This document shows, in pieces, positions 51,061 through 63,900 of a stretch of DNA of 64,000 nucleotides (positions within the stretch are counted from its first letter, which is position 1; every line of letters begins with the position of its first letter). Source of the stretch: Mytilus trossulus (Eukaryota); NCBI RefSeq assembly GCF_036588685.1, contig NC_086381.1, positions 15,314,001 to 15,378,000 on the forward strand, given 5' to 3'. The notes under the pieces are model-generated. The model was not told where the DNA came from. It did no database searches and saw only the letters and a program-made list of their open reading frames with translations. A program made the position numbers and the translations under genes.

Positions 51061-51197
51061 CACCCATAATCATCTATACATGTAGTTGAAACTGTGAAAT
51101 ATATGCACAAAACATGACAAAAAGCTGCACGTAAATGTAATGCACCGAGTTCAGCTTCATTCCATATCTACTTTAATCAATTTCGGGTGAAAGTGAT

Positions 51198-51610
51198 GGG
51201 CGCTCGGTGGTCGAGTGGTTACATTGTCATTTCGGGGCCTTTTATAGCTGAATATGCGTAATGGGCTTTGATCATTGTTGAAGGCCGTACGGTGACCTAT
51301 AATTGTTAATTTCTGTGTCATTTTGACCTCTTGTGGAGAGTTGTCTCTTTAGCAGTCATACCACATCTTCTTTTTTATAAGTAGTCGAACTGCTGTATCA
51401 CTAACATGTCAACACTTAGGTGTGCGATTTCAAATTCCGCACGTGGCAGGTAAGCTCGATTCAATCTTAATTGACCAGAATTGTCTGTTTTCCAAACGAA
51501 GGTCAGGGGGTCTCTCCGGGCACTTCGGCTTTCTCCACCAATATAAACTCACCGCCACGAAATAGCATAAAAGTGTTGAAAGTGGCGCTAAATAACAGTC
51601 AATCAATAAT
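51198..51610 (+). mobile_element. tRNA-derived SINE with V-domain-like core, interrupted by a nested repeat (~51221-51380)
   Basis: A-box-like ctcggtggtcgagtggtt, core tctctccgggcacttcggctttctccaccaat, and tail ttgaaagtggcgctaaat..caatcaat. Confidence 0.6.
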
Positions 51611-51854
51611 CCATACCGGTATACTTATGGCCTCAAAATCTATTTATTTGGTCTCACAAAGTCAATGTATGACATCAGTATACAGAGATAAAAATAATAA
51701 CTATTTACAGTATATACAAAACAAGAGAGAGAGGTTTCAAAATTACTGAGTCAGCTGGAGGACAAACACACGTGTTTATATTTTTTTTTATAAACGAACA
51801 AGCTGAAGTTGATATTTTACAGAAATCTTATACATCCTTCCTGTTTTCAAGTTT

Positions 51855-52290
51855 TCGTACATGGCTTAAAGCCTTATCGGATAAATGTTTTTTGTCATAT
51901 TAAAATTTCCCGTTTTAGTAACAACAATTCCCAAATACTTTTATTGTTTTATCATCTCAATGTTAGTATCATTGTAAGAAAAAACAAAAAAAAACACAAA
52001 GACTTTAATTTTGTCAACTTTCCTTTCAAGTTCCAAGCCTTACAATAATCATGGAAAGCATTGAGTTGAGTCTGCAGGTCCTGTGCTGTTTCAGCCAACA
52101 ACACCGTGTCTTCTGCAAACAATATAACAAAACACTTAAGATATATTTCTAATTCTCTTTCCAGATCTTCTGTTATAGTTCTTTTAGTCCTGTAATATTT
52201 TTAGTCACTAAGAAACTAATTTAGTCAATCAAAAGTAAATAAAATAGGAAAGGTGATAAGTTTTCTCCTTGTCGAACACCATTGTCACAA
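51855..52290 (-). mobile_element. decayed LINE reverse transcriptase fragment
   Basis: Minus-strand translation gives GVRQGENLSPFLF..*, ILFAEDTVLLAETAQDLQTQLNAFHDYCKAWNLK (degenerate YADD) and KYLGIVV, with stops and frameshifts. Confidence 0.8.
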
Positions 52291-54439
52291 GCGGGCAAAG
52301 TATTCCGAATTATAAGTACTACCGTGTATCATCGGCACAGCGGATATAGCTTTATAGGTACTTCGAAGCGTGAAAAACTATATACCGTACATTCATTTAA
52401 CTATGCACCGTACAGAAGGATTCATTTGGTCAGCTAAACACAACGCTTCTTGTCGGAATAAAATATCAAAAAATAACTTATGTACAAAATATTTCAATGC
52501 CAATTATTGAAACAGCTATACTTATTACGCACAAACAGTGGCCTTCTATCAGAAAAAGAGTTGCAATGAATATTGAATCATATCGGATGAGACGAGCGCC
52601 AACTTCTTTGACAAGTATGTGCACATATTTTAGTAAGGGTTCTTGTTTTGGGCGATAGTGAGACTTCTCTATTCACCACCCTACGACCAAATCATATCTT
52701 TAAACAACAAATACGTTTAGATTGAAGTACACATTGATATAATGTAAACAAAACAAAGATTTTCGTACCGTGTCAGACGAAAAACCGATCACGCCCCCTT
52801 GGTAAGTACCTATATCCGCTGTACCGATGATACACGTAGATTCCAGCGAGTGGGCAAGTGTTGAAACAAAGAGTGATGACACAGTAATAAGGTGGACACA
52901 GTAATGACAAAGTTAATCCTTTTTATTCTATTTTTGTAAGGAGACGAAAAAGAGGAACAAAATGCAAAAGACGGGCGTCACCCCATTCATCTTTGTTGGA
53001 AAATAAAAATATTAAATAACCTAAATTGGAAAAAGTGTGGCAAAATGTGATTTTCAGTGGGTTTTTTCCCCCTTTTAACTCAATAACTGTATCGTCTACG
53101 TAAAATCCGTTGCCATTATACCGAAAAGGATCAAAATAAGTACCACAATGGGGAAAATCTGATGTAATCGGACGAAAAATTAAATCTAAAACACTTCATC
53201 AGGAATCAACCCCTTGTCTCTCAGAAATCGTTGTCGCTACTCCAAATCTGTCGACATACTAGTACTCATGTTTCAGAATTTTATTAGCAATTAAAAAAAT
53301 CTCCATTAAAATAAGATGAAAATAAACAATCTGTATATGCCAATATGTGCTCATTGTTGAAGACCGTATGGTGACCTATAGTTATTAATTTCTGTGTCAT
53401 TTGGTCTATTGTAGGGAGTTGTCTCTTAGCAAAGATACCACTTTTTCTTTTCTTATAATTACCCACATAGCCATTTCGCATTTCGCGGGCACTACGTCGA
53501 CTAAGCTTGCAATCTTCGAAATTGGATATTTTCTCACATAATTGGCGTTTTCTGTGGTAAAAGATAAGTTCAAAGACAAGTTAAATGTAAAAAACACTAC
53601 ATGTAAACGTCATATCACAAATATTTCCGACTTGGTATGGTTTTAGAGGAGTTGCGGCTCAATGGAATCGGTCTCTTCCTTTAGTGGCATAGATGATATG
53701 ATATACTAGATTAATATCATTGTACATATCCAATACTACATTTTGCATCTTACCATTTACAGATTAATATTATTCAATAACATTTTATGAAACAAACCAT
53801 CTCGCCATATTATTTATCAGTAGATAATTTTATAGCTATTGTTATGAAATATATATTTTTGAAACAGACTGTGATTTCAATCTTGTCTTTTGCAATGAAT
53901 AGAAATAAGCAGATGTGGTATGAGAGACAACTCTCCATCTAAGTTATAATTTGTAAGAGGAAACAATCATATACCTGTATCAAGTCAGGAATATGACAGT
54001 TGTTATCCATTCGTTTGATGTGTTTGGACTTTTGATTTTGCCTTTTGAATTTGGACTTTCCTTTTTGAATTTTCCTCGGAGTTCAGTATTTTTGTGTTTT
54101 TACTTTTTATAGGTCATAGTACGATCTTCAACACGGAGCCTATGCTCAAACTGGATAGCAAGCTATAAAAGGCTCTTACATTTGTTATCATTTTCTCCAC
54201 AGCCGGGAATTTCTTCAACTAGCTCCTGTATTAACTGATCTTAATCTTCAACCGAAATGTTTGAAACGTTGATTTTGTTCAATTGCTTTGTCTCATTTTC
54301 CCTATAAATTGCACATTCTCTAGCGATAGATACATATTTGAGCCGGGTTAATAGTTTACAGAAGCAGATCGGAATCAGTTATGACGTAGACAGTAATCAT
54401 TCTAATCGTAATCATGTTCATTGACCATAACGACGATGA

Positions 54440-54970
54440 AAGCACATCATATAATGACGTTTCGACATCATATATAATGAAGTAAACCTAACCACATAAT
54501 ATAAGATTACAAGCACATAATATAATGACACAACCACATCATATAAAGATGTTTGCACGTAATATAAAGAAAACTGCACATCATATAATGATATGTACAC
54601 ACCATATAATGATCTTTGTACATCATATAAGGATCTTTGTACATAATATAAGTACATTTGCACATCATATAATAATGTTTGCACATCATATAAGAATGTT
54701 TGCACATCATATAAGTACATTTGCACATCATATAAGTATACTTGCACATCATATAAGTATATATGCACATCATATAAGTATGTTTGCACATAACATAATG
54801 ATTTTTGCACATCATATAAGGATATTTGTACATCATATTAGGATATGTGCACATTATATAAAGATATTTGCACATCATATAAAGGTGTTTGCACATCATA
54901 TAATGACAAGTGCACATCATATAAAGGTAAAAGCACATCATATAAAGGTAAATGCACATCATATAATGAA
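54440..54970 (-). repeat. 21-bp minisatellite array in the right TIR (reverse complement of 48465-49035)
   Basis: gcacatcatata recurs every 21 bp. Confidence 0.92.
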
Positions 54971-55376
54971 AATGGTCATAACAAGACAGTGTTGGCGTTC
55001 CATACTGAATGGTTAAATTACTCATCCTTCTACAATGTTCTAAGCTGAACATAACTTTTACTTCTTACGATCACGTCTGAAAATACAATTTTTGTACATA
55101 CAATTTAGAATTGTCTTAAAGCTTTTGCTGGATGCGACTCTAAATTGAAAAAAAATCCACTTCAATATATTGATGTCATATGTATTTCAATCCGTTTAAA
55201 TAAGAGATGAGATTCACCAAAGAGGTGTAGAATAGTAGGATGCAATTATTGTATTTAGATTTGTATTTATTAAATATGTTTAACAAAAACATTTAAGAAA
55301 AGAAATTTAAAGCAACAATGAATTTTAATAGCATCACAGGTCAATTGTCTTTGGTCTATTTTTTTTGCATATTGTA

Positions 55377-55565
55377 CCGTATAGCGGGTTATTTTCGCGG
55401 GGTGTAAATTTTCGCTTATTTTCGCGGAAAGAACAAAATCGCCAAAATAAATTCCGCCAATTTAAAAGTGTACATGCAAAGGTTATGTTAAAAATGTTGA
55501 ATCCGCCAAAATAATAACCGCCAAATATTGAAATTTTACACCCGCGATAATAACCCGCTATACGG
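55377..55565. mobile_element. MITE with TA TSD, ~460 bp upstream of TLR-B
   Basis: TA|ccgtatagcgggttattttcgcggggtgtaaattt ... aattttacacccgcgataataacccgctatacgg|TA. Confidence 0.85.
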
Positions 55566-56024
55566 TATTTCCTTAATTTGATTGGCAGATTATTCGTATC
55601 GTTTTGGGCATACATCCTTTAAATTTAATAAAAATCATTAATTACACCTTTCATTTCTAACAAAACAATTTAATTATTTCCTGATAGATAATTACTATAC
55701 TGAGAACTAAAAGTAAAATTTCAATTGATAAGAGTGTTCGGACATTATCTACATCAATTGTTCAACGTTTGATGATATAGATTTTTTTACAACGTAAACA
55801 AGAACTTTAATACATATTTCAATTGCCAAGATAAAATATTACTACGCAAGCTTAAAATAATATCCTAAACTGATCGTAGATAAAACTGTAGTACTTACAC
55901 TGGTGTCCTAAAATAGGCTATTTTAAGTGAGGTGACATGCGATCAGAATATTCTAAAATAATTGAGTGTAAATATAGTGAGGATGTAGTTTCCTGCTGTT
56001 GTAGTATCAAATAACTCTAGGAGT

Positions 56025-58562
56025 ATGGATGGGAGATTGTATCTAATTGTGACAGTGACATTTTATATGAAAGCAAAATTGGCATTTGCTCAAGATTGTG
56101 ATATACGTGATTTGTTTGCCAATTGCTCAAAGCGTGATTTATCAAACATTCCTCAGAATCTTCCTAAAAATATAACAGAACTGGACTTATCGGAAAATTT
56201 CATAACCGAAATAGGAGCCAAAACATTCCACAGATATCGTAAGCTAATTCATTTAAACCTTGCAAACAACAAAATAAACTCATTGAACAGTGATGCTTTT
56301 TCGGGCTTAAACGAAACAAAGGTGCTTATTCTAACAGAAAATCGATTAAATCATACAAAATATCCAAACAATGTTTTTCGTCCACTGAAGAACTTGCAAG
56401 AACTTTACCTAAATCGCAACATGAGGAAACCTTCCCCGTTCGAACCATTTTGTCATGGTAAACCTTGCAGATATTCCGATAAAGCTTTTAGCTGGCTGGT
56501 CAATCTGAATGTTCTGTCAATAGATTTGTGTGAAAATCCAGACTTCGGCGATGGTTTTCTAAATATGAAAAAATTGCAAAAGCTTACTTTTGATTATTGC
56601 TTAGTTTGTGAATTAAGTAATATAACATTTAGAAACTTTAAACATTCAAACGTCACTGTATTGAACCTTAGTAGATGCGAACTATATAAAATGAGTGCAA
56701 CTATTGAAGCTGGAATATTCAATCCGTTTTCAAATGTTACAAGTCTAGATTTATCAAACTCGTACTTCAGCTTGAAGCACGCCCTGAAGCTCTTGTTTCC
56801 ATTCCGCAATAAAACAATGGACATGATAAATTTCCATCGTGTAAGTCGAGGTTCTAGAACTATTCCAGAAAATCCATTTAAAATTGTTATTACAAGTGAT
56901 ATGATACAATATTTAAAAACTATATGTGTGAAAACTATTATCTTGTCATACAATGGAATTGTTGATGTTAAACCTAACTCACTATTTGTTCATGATCACC
57001 CACAGTGCTTTGAAAATATCATAATGTCAGCGAATAGTTTTTCAGTGGAATATAATCAGCAATATATGGAGGTTATTAAATTATCAAACGCCGTCATAAA
57101 TCTGCGTCTCTTCGATTATTCGTACGTCCCGCTTCAGTTTTCAGACATGAAATTTATTCTCCCGCCAAATTCAATGATCGTAAACAATCATTTTCCGTCA
57201 CTGTATTCAGAAACAAGACACCCAACTAATATGACGTTTAAACTGCCACCCAAACTGGAAATTTTACGTTTCAGTTATGTTATGACAGGGTCCAGGCTGT
57301 TTAGTTTGATATTAAAAAATACTAAAGCTCTGAAATACTTAGATTTATCACACTTTGCCTTTCAAGAATTTCCTGATATTTTTATGTCCGAAGGTAACGT
57401 GTTAGAACACGTAGATTTTTCAGGAATAGATTCAAGACTTTATGTTGATAAGGGAGTTATTGAACTAATGCGAGACGTAAAAACTATCCTCTTACGTGAC
57501 GCAAACTTAGATCTCACATTCAGAGAAAGGAAAAATGTCTTCAAGTATTTTGGAAACAGTACAACTAGTATTGATATTTCTTATAATCATCTAGTGACCC
57601 TTCCGAGGACATTTGGTGTGATATCGAATTTAGAACACCTTAATTTATCTTTCAACTCATTTCGAAATTTTCCGAAGTCTTTGACATCACTATCTAATCT
57701 CAAAATAGTAGACCTGAGATTTAATCAGTTGCTCACTCTCAACAAAATGGTTACACAATGGGCGGACAAGGTTTTCCAGAAAACAAATTTATCAGTACTG
57801 TTAAAAGGAAATGAATTTGCTTGCTCTTGTGATAACCGGGACTTTTTGAAATGGTTAACGCAAACAAAGGTTGTGTTGGATACAAATAGAACTTATTATT
57901 GCCAATTTGCCAATGGAACGAGAACCACCACTAGTTTCGTTGTAGAACGATTCCATGATACGTTTTCAGATTGCGATGCAATCGCTTGGTTACGTATAGG
58001 TGTCATTTGCATCGTTTCGTCCTTTGTCATCATTTGTTTATCGGCTGTAATTTATCAATTTCGATGGAGAATGGCATATTTTTTCTATAGAAAACTAAAA
58101 ATGAACTATTCAGTCGAATCGAACGACGTTGAATTTCAATATGACATCTTCGTTGCATATGCATCCGATTGCTGTGAATGGCTCATAGGTTCACTCCTAC
58201 CAATAATAGAAGAGAAATGGAAATTGAGTGTTTGTGTTAAAGATCGTGACTTCCCAGTTGGGGTAGACCGAGCAGATACTGTCATCAATAGTATGCGAAA
58301 TAGTAAATTTATCATTTTTATAATTACACCAGGCTTCATCAAAAGGAAATGGGGAAAGTTCGAGATTGAAATGGCTAAATATGAAATGTTCGAGCAAAGA
58401 AAACAAAAGCGTATCATTGTCCTAATGAAAGATGGCACGTCAAAAGAAGACGTTCCTATTGAATTTAGTATTATGTGGAAAGATGTAATTATGATCGAAT
58501 GGCCTGGTGATGATATGAACACAGAGAATGTGTGGTATGATTTAAAATTGCAATTAGGTTGA
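56025..58562 (+). CDS. TLR-B: intronless Toll-like receptor, 845 aa, paralogue of TLR-A
   Basis: Same architecture as TLR-A: LRRNT CSKRDLSNIPQNLP, LRRs, NEFACSC, TM WLRIGVICIVSSFVIICLSAVIY, and TIR motifs YDIFVAY / DRDFPVG / KWGKFE. Confidence 0.95.
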   Translation: MDGRLYLIVTVTFYMKAKLAFAQDCDIRDLFANCSKRDLSNIPQNLPKNITELDLSENFITEIGAKTFHRYRKLIHLNLANNKINSLNSDAFSGLNETKVLILTENRLNHTKYPNNVFRPLKNLQELYLNRNMRKPSPFEPFCHGKPCRYSDKAFSWLVNLNVLSIDLCENPDFGDGFLNMKKLQKLTFDYCLVCELSNITFRNFKHSNVTVLNLSRCELYKMSATIEAGIFNPFSNVTSLDLSNSYFSLKHALKLLFPFRNKTMDMINFHRVSRGSRTIPENPFKIVITSDMIQYLKTICVKTIILSYNGIVDVKPNSLFVHDHPQCFENIIMSANSFSVEYNQQYMEVIKLSNAVINLRLFDYSYVPLQFSDMKFILPPNSMIVNNHFPSLYSETRHPTNMTFKLPPKLEILRFSYVMTGSRLFSLILKNTKALKYLDLSHFAFQEFPDIFMSEGNVLEHVDFSGIDSRLYVDKGVIELMRDVKTILLRDANLDLTFRERKNVFKYFGNSTTSIDISYNHLVTLPRTFGVISNLEHLNLSFNSFRNFPKSLTSLSNLKIVDLRFNQLLTLNKMVTQWADKVFQKTNLSVLLKGNEFACSCDNRDFLKWLTQTKVVLDTNRTYYCQFANGTRTTTSFVVERFHDTFSDCDAIAWLRIGVICIVSSFVIICLSAVIYQFRWRMAYFFYRKLKMNYSVESNDVEFQYDIFVAYASDCCEWLIGSLLPIIEEKWKLSVCVKDRDFPVGVDRADTVINSMRNSKFIIFIITPGFIKRKWGKFEIEMAKYEMFEQRKQKRIIVLMKDGTSKEDVPIEFSIMWKDVIMIEWPGDDMNTENVWYDLKLQLG

Positions 58563-60129
58563 GTGTAGTACTAGATTTTTAACACCTGTTGAAAATGTAT
58601 CTGTACATTTAACTGTTAGCATGTAGATACTCTATCAGAAGTGTGGATTTTGACGCTTAAACAGAAGGTTACAGACGAATTATTATATTTTCTAATTTAA
58701 ACTGGTTTAAAAACATAAGTCACTAGTTCATTACAAATGGGATTTTTACTTATGAATGATTATCAGATGAATGATAATTGATTTTACCTTCGAGAGGTAA
58801 ATACTGTTAAATAAAAGAATGCTATTTCTTCTTATTGCACTATCATTAACCTTATGATCATTACATGAGAAAAGCAAAATATGAGAAGAGTTAGTCCTTG
58901 AAAATTAAATCAAATCTCAAAAGTTGTTATTGCCATGTCTCCTCGTTTCTTAGTTAAATTTGACCAAGTTCTTATTTGCCAAACTTTAATTTATCCTTCG
59001 CTTAATATTACTCCCAGTGTTAACTACTATGCTAAGGGTATATTTTCTTTCAAGAATACGTATTTCAGAAATGTATGACACTTGCTAATCCACCTTTTCA
59101 CTTTCTTGACACGTGGTATTTTTCTGAGACATTTGTTTGCTAAAAAAATATTTGACATCAGAATTTAAATCGCTTAATGATGTTGTGACCATAGCTTTAA
59201 ATCCGTTTGAGTCTTTTTAACTCCGACAGGTGGTCAAAAGTGGTGAGTTATTGCTCAATAGTATTGCCCACAAACTGTGTTATCATTTAATGGTCTCATG
59301 AAAGAGACTGTTACTATGACCTTCCACCTTCTTGCAAATTATTTCTAGGAATCTTGTTCTTCAAATGGTATTATCAAACTAAATTTGGTCATGGCTAATT
59401 CTATTGTTAAAAATATATCATCTGAAATGATTTAGTTTGGCCTCAATGTTAGTCTATCAACTGCTGACATTGATTAACCTTCATCTGAACGCTCAAAATC
59501 GACTATTTTACCTTTTCGATCAAGTGCCTCTTAATCAAAGTTAGTTTGGTAAAATAATCTAAGATAAAAAATTTAGTTTTGGAAAAGAGAATGATGTACA
59601 GTGAGCATTTATCATATAATTAAAAGCAAATATTCGTCTAAAAATAGGCTACAAGTACAATTACTCTCATGATAAGTCAATTTTCAATTTATATACATCC
59701 ATGGTCAATGCAACAATTTTTTTTACTCGTTTATTAATTATCAATGAAAACATATATCTATCAAGAAGAAAGAAATTGAAATGCGGTGAAAATCACTCTT
59801 ATATTTATTAAATAAAATATGAACACATTAAAACATGGCATCACATAAGCTATTCCTGACATATATAAAAAAAAATACAAAATGTCAATCCAATGTTGCA
59901 TTATTTTAATACATAATTATATAAATGAACAATTAATTCACCAACAAAATTAACAAAAAGACTTGAGAAATTAAAAACCAATTGTTAAGAGTTCAATTGA
60001 ATAACATTAACAGTATCAATTTTCCTGCATCAGATGCACATTTCGACAATACATGTCTCTTCAGTGATGCTCGTGAACAAAATATTTGAAATCCAAAGCT
60101 TATATAAAAGATGAAGAGCTATAATCCAA

Positions 60130-60900
60130 AAGGTCTTTTCACGTCAACTTTAAAAATTGTTGATGAGAGCTACTTTCTGTTTTCTCAAAATTGCCATTGG
60201 CGTCCAATCATAGTTTTTCTTCATGCTGATTTAATAAAAAAAAATGTTTCTATATATTTTTGCCTGAAATAAGGGAGATAATTGTCAACTTCCGGTTTTA
60301 AAATGTCACTTCCAGTCTTGCATAATAGCTTTATCTACACTAATTACAAAAATATATGGTTTCTATTTACTTTTGCCTGTGTAATAATGGAAATATTAGG
60401 TACCTCCAGTTTATTCAATTTTGGTCTTATTTGACCTTTGACCTTGACCTAGTTTTCTATACTTTGGACCAAGGATCTCAAATCAACAGACCCTAGATCT
60501 CTATCACTTATGGTTTTCCAGTTTCAAATGCATATCATTTATTTCGAATGCTTATGGGGAAATAAGGCACATGGATTCTTGGTAACGACTTCCCTTAAAA
60601 TTGGACAAAAAATCCTTTAGGTTTAGGGAGCAATTTGGTTATAAATTTGTCGGTTATTTTTATGGTTTATGAGGAGATCTCACCACAAAGAAAACAGTGT
60701 TTGGGGAGATAACTGTTAAAATAAAAAGTCTTCAACTAAACAAGTTCAATCTCAAAAGCACAATAAATGTTCGATATCAAATGCAGAAAAAAAACTACTT
60801 GCAAACCACAAACAGGTCAAGAAACAAATTTGGCAGAGAAGGGGAAAAAATCAGAACAAATACAATAGGGATTTCCACACAATAGTGGAAAGACCTAATA
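60130..60900. mobile_element. probable Helentron-like element
   Basis: Inverted pair aggtcttttcac (~60131) / gtggaaagacctaat (~60885), with internal acttccggt and tgaccttgacct motifs. Boundaries are approximate. Confidence 0.45.
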
Positions 60901-63900
60901 ACACAAAAATCTTGTGTTGAACAGGGATATATTGCAGCTAGACTATACAACTTTTACCAAACGTCACCAAGATAATTTTTCATTAAAATAGGTTGAATAA
61001 ATAACCCCATGGTTTACATTATAACCAATTAGAATACCTATAAATACAAAAACTGTTTTTTTACTCTCCTAACAACAACAAAATTTTGTGACATTTTTTT
61101 TTTAATTTGTGATCAACTCATCATGACAAACAGTTTGAAACACAATTTTTTCCTGAATGTTTTTCATCTCACATCTAACACTTAATTTTGAAAAAAATCT
61201 GTGCTTCTGTCAAAATAATATTACAAAAAAATTTAGCTATTTCATATTGTGTAAATCTACAAACATGACAAAATAATCAAATCTTTAGAAAGATACATTG
61301 CCTATACATTGGAACCATTGTTTTCAAATTAAAATAATTTTCATGAATTTGGTATGTAGAAACAATAAAATATTAGAGAAATCACAAAATATATATATAC
61401 AATTGCACTGAAAGGAGCAAGTTTTAAAACATAATGAATCATTGAACATTTATATAAAACGATAAAAATACTATACATTTGAAATTTTAAAAAGCCTAAT
61501 TTTAAAATCTTCCCATCATAATAATTCTATTTTGACCTTGTGTAACCTCTAATGGAATTTCCATATCAATCAGTATCAAGTACGACAGTCATTATCTAAT
61601 CACTCACTGTCTATATTTAGACAAGATGGTTTCCTTTGAATTTTGACACTGTAAAATTGGTTATGTCGAAACTAAATAAGTAATGAATAGAAAGAGAATT
61701 AAAAGCAGGAAATGAAATATAAATATACTTTAAATGGCAAAAAAATGAATCAAAAGTCTACAATGCTCTTCAACTTTGTACTTTATTTGACCCTTATATA
61801 ACTTTTTGATTCAAGTGTCAACCAAACACAAAATTTCAATGCTGGTATCTATGAAGAGATAATTTGGAATCATACCTTATCTCCTGATTTTATAGATTCA
61901 ATATTCAATATTTTATTATAGTCTCATATAAGATATAATATTTATAAAAACTATCATAAAATAGTAACATAAACATATCATGTATCTTTATATAGGGTGT
62001 TGCAAGTAGGTGCTATAAATACATAAAGAAAAACATGTCAATACCACCTACCAATGAACATAATTAATCTGCAATACATCGAAATAGATATAGGAAGAAG
62101 TGGTATGGGTGCCAATGAGACAACTTTGCATGTTTTGTTCTTTTTAACTTTTTCATAAATATCCTTTCAGAAAAGTAGTCCTGAGATTGCTTACAATACA
62201 GATTTTCATAATTTTCTATTTTCAAGAGGCACAACTCTTGTAATAAACCATGTCAAAAAAAATGCCAATTGCTGAGTTGGACTTTTATCTGCACATACTA
62301 TAGCTACTCTTGCACTGCTGATCAGTTTTGAATTTTACATATTTAACATAGCTCATATAGTTTTCACAACAATATGAGAAAAAAAATAATTCAAGGGCAA
62401 CAACTCCAAAACAAGTAAACAGTTTTCCACAATTTCTTTAGATAGATACAGCTTGTCATAATGATCATTTTTTGCATTTTTGATCTGCCACAGAAAAAAA
62501 GAAGTATTGTAAAAGTATTTTATTTTCACGCAATTTTAAATTTTGCAAGTTGTGGTTCAATACTTGTTCACAAAGATCTAACTTTCATTTTTTTTCTTGT
62601 ATATGATTGAATCTTCTTTCCATAACAACAATGAACAAGGGAATAATTTCATGAATTTCTCTTAATAGCTTAATTATTGTAAATAAACCCTGAATTTACA
62701 GTAATTGTTGAATTGTGGCCAAAAAATTGCCTAAAATTTCTGGCCAATTATGTACAACTCAAAGAACTGTTGAAAATTCTTTAACTACCATATACCATGA
62801 CATTCTCTTTACTGAGTGTAGATTAGATTGGTAGTTTTCTAGTTTGAATGGTTTTACCATAATAATTTTCTGGGCCCATTATAGCTTGCTATTCAGTGTG
62901 AGCCAAAGCTCTGTACCTTGACCTATAATGGTTTACTTTATACCTTGTTATTTGGATGGAGAGTTGTCTCATTGGCACTCATACCACATCTTCCTATATT
63001 TATAGACACACACATCCCCTCTGAATAAATACCTCAGTCAACTTTTTTGAAAATCATTTAACAATTTAAATGAGTAATGTCTTCATTAAGAAAAGTTACA
63101 TCACCTTACATTCTGATGTGTTGCTTTAACATTATTTAATAAAATACATGAGTTGAATTAGGACATAATCAAATTTTCGTTATGTTTAATATAGATCAAA
63201 GTGACCATTTCTTTTTGAAGCTATCACGCTAAAAACACATCTTTGAAACATGTGACATGTACCAGTATGTTTAAAAACTAATCAAAGCCACAAAACTATG
63301 CATCTTTTACATTGGTTATGTTAATTTTCACCATCTGACAGGTATCTGATAATCTTTCAAAGATGCTGAAAACCTATTGCCTTCCATACATGTGTATGTG
63401 GACATGGATGGCTAGGAGCACCCCAATATTTAATATCAACTTCATTGAGAGAGGGAACTATAGAATTATTATGGAGGTATATGATTAAATGGCTGAGCCA
63501 GACTCATAGTTTTCTTATTAATTAAGCCTTGGTTTTCTCAATTGAGTTGTTTCATTTAACGGCCTTTCATAGCGGACTATAATGTATGGGTTTTTCTCAT
63601 AGTTGAAAGCTGTACGGTTTCCTATAACTTCTTACATTCACTTCATTTGAACTTTGTCAGATTGTTGTTTCATTTGAATTCATACCATATCTCCTTATTT
63701 CTATATTTATCATATATTTAACAATATGATACATGATTTTTTGGCATGCAATCTCTCAAAGTTATAGTTTGCTGAGAGTACTGTCACTCCATCCAGACAT
63801 ATCTTTCTCATTCTGAGTTTTATATAAGTTTTTGCTATTACGTCTTAATACAGCATGCTCATCACAGACGCATAAATAAATTTTGGCCTTTGGTAAGACC

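Larger units (their letters stand above)
48429..55004. mobile_element. 6.6-kb non-autonomous DNA transposon, TAT..ATA termini, 6-bp TSD, ~650-690-bp minisatellite TIRs (IS3EU-like / foldback-type)
   Basis: CTGAAT|TATGGAACGCCAACACTGTCTT ... AAGACAGTGTTGGCGTTCCATA|CTGAAT, with the TSD at 48423-48428 and 55005-55010. TIRs span 48429-49115 and 54359-55004. Confidence 0.85.

Noticed and set aside
54204-54214. NF-kB-like site GGGAATTTCT upstream of TLR-B
   Set aside because: It is a single imperfect 10-mer inside a transposon, with no matching site at TLR-A, and is expected by chance.
54418-55052. Second set of His/Met/Cys-rich ORFs
   Set aside because: They come from the reverse-complement arm of the same transposon and are the same artefact.
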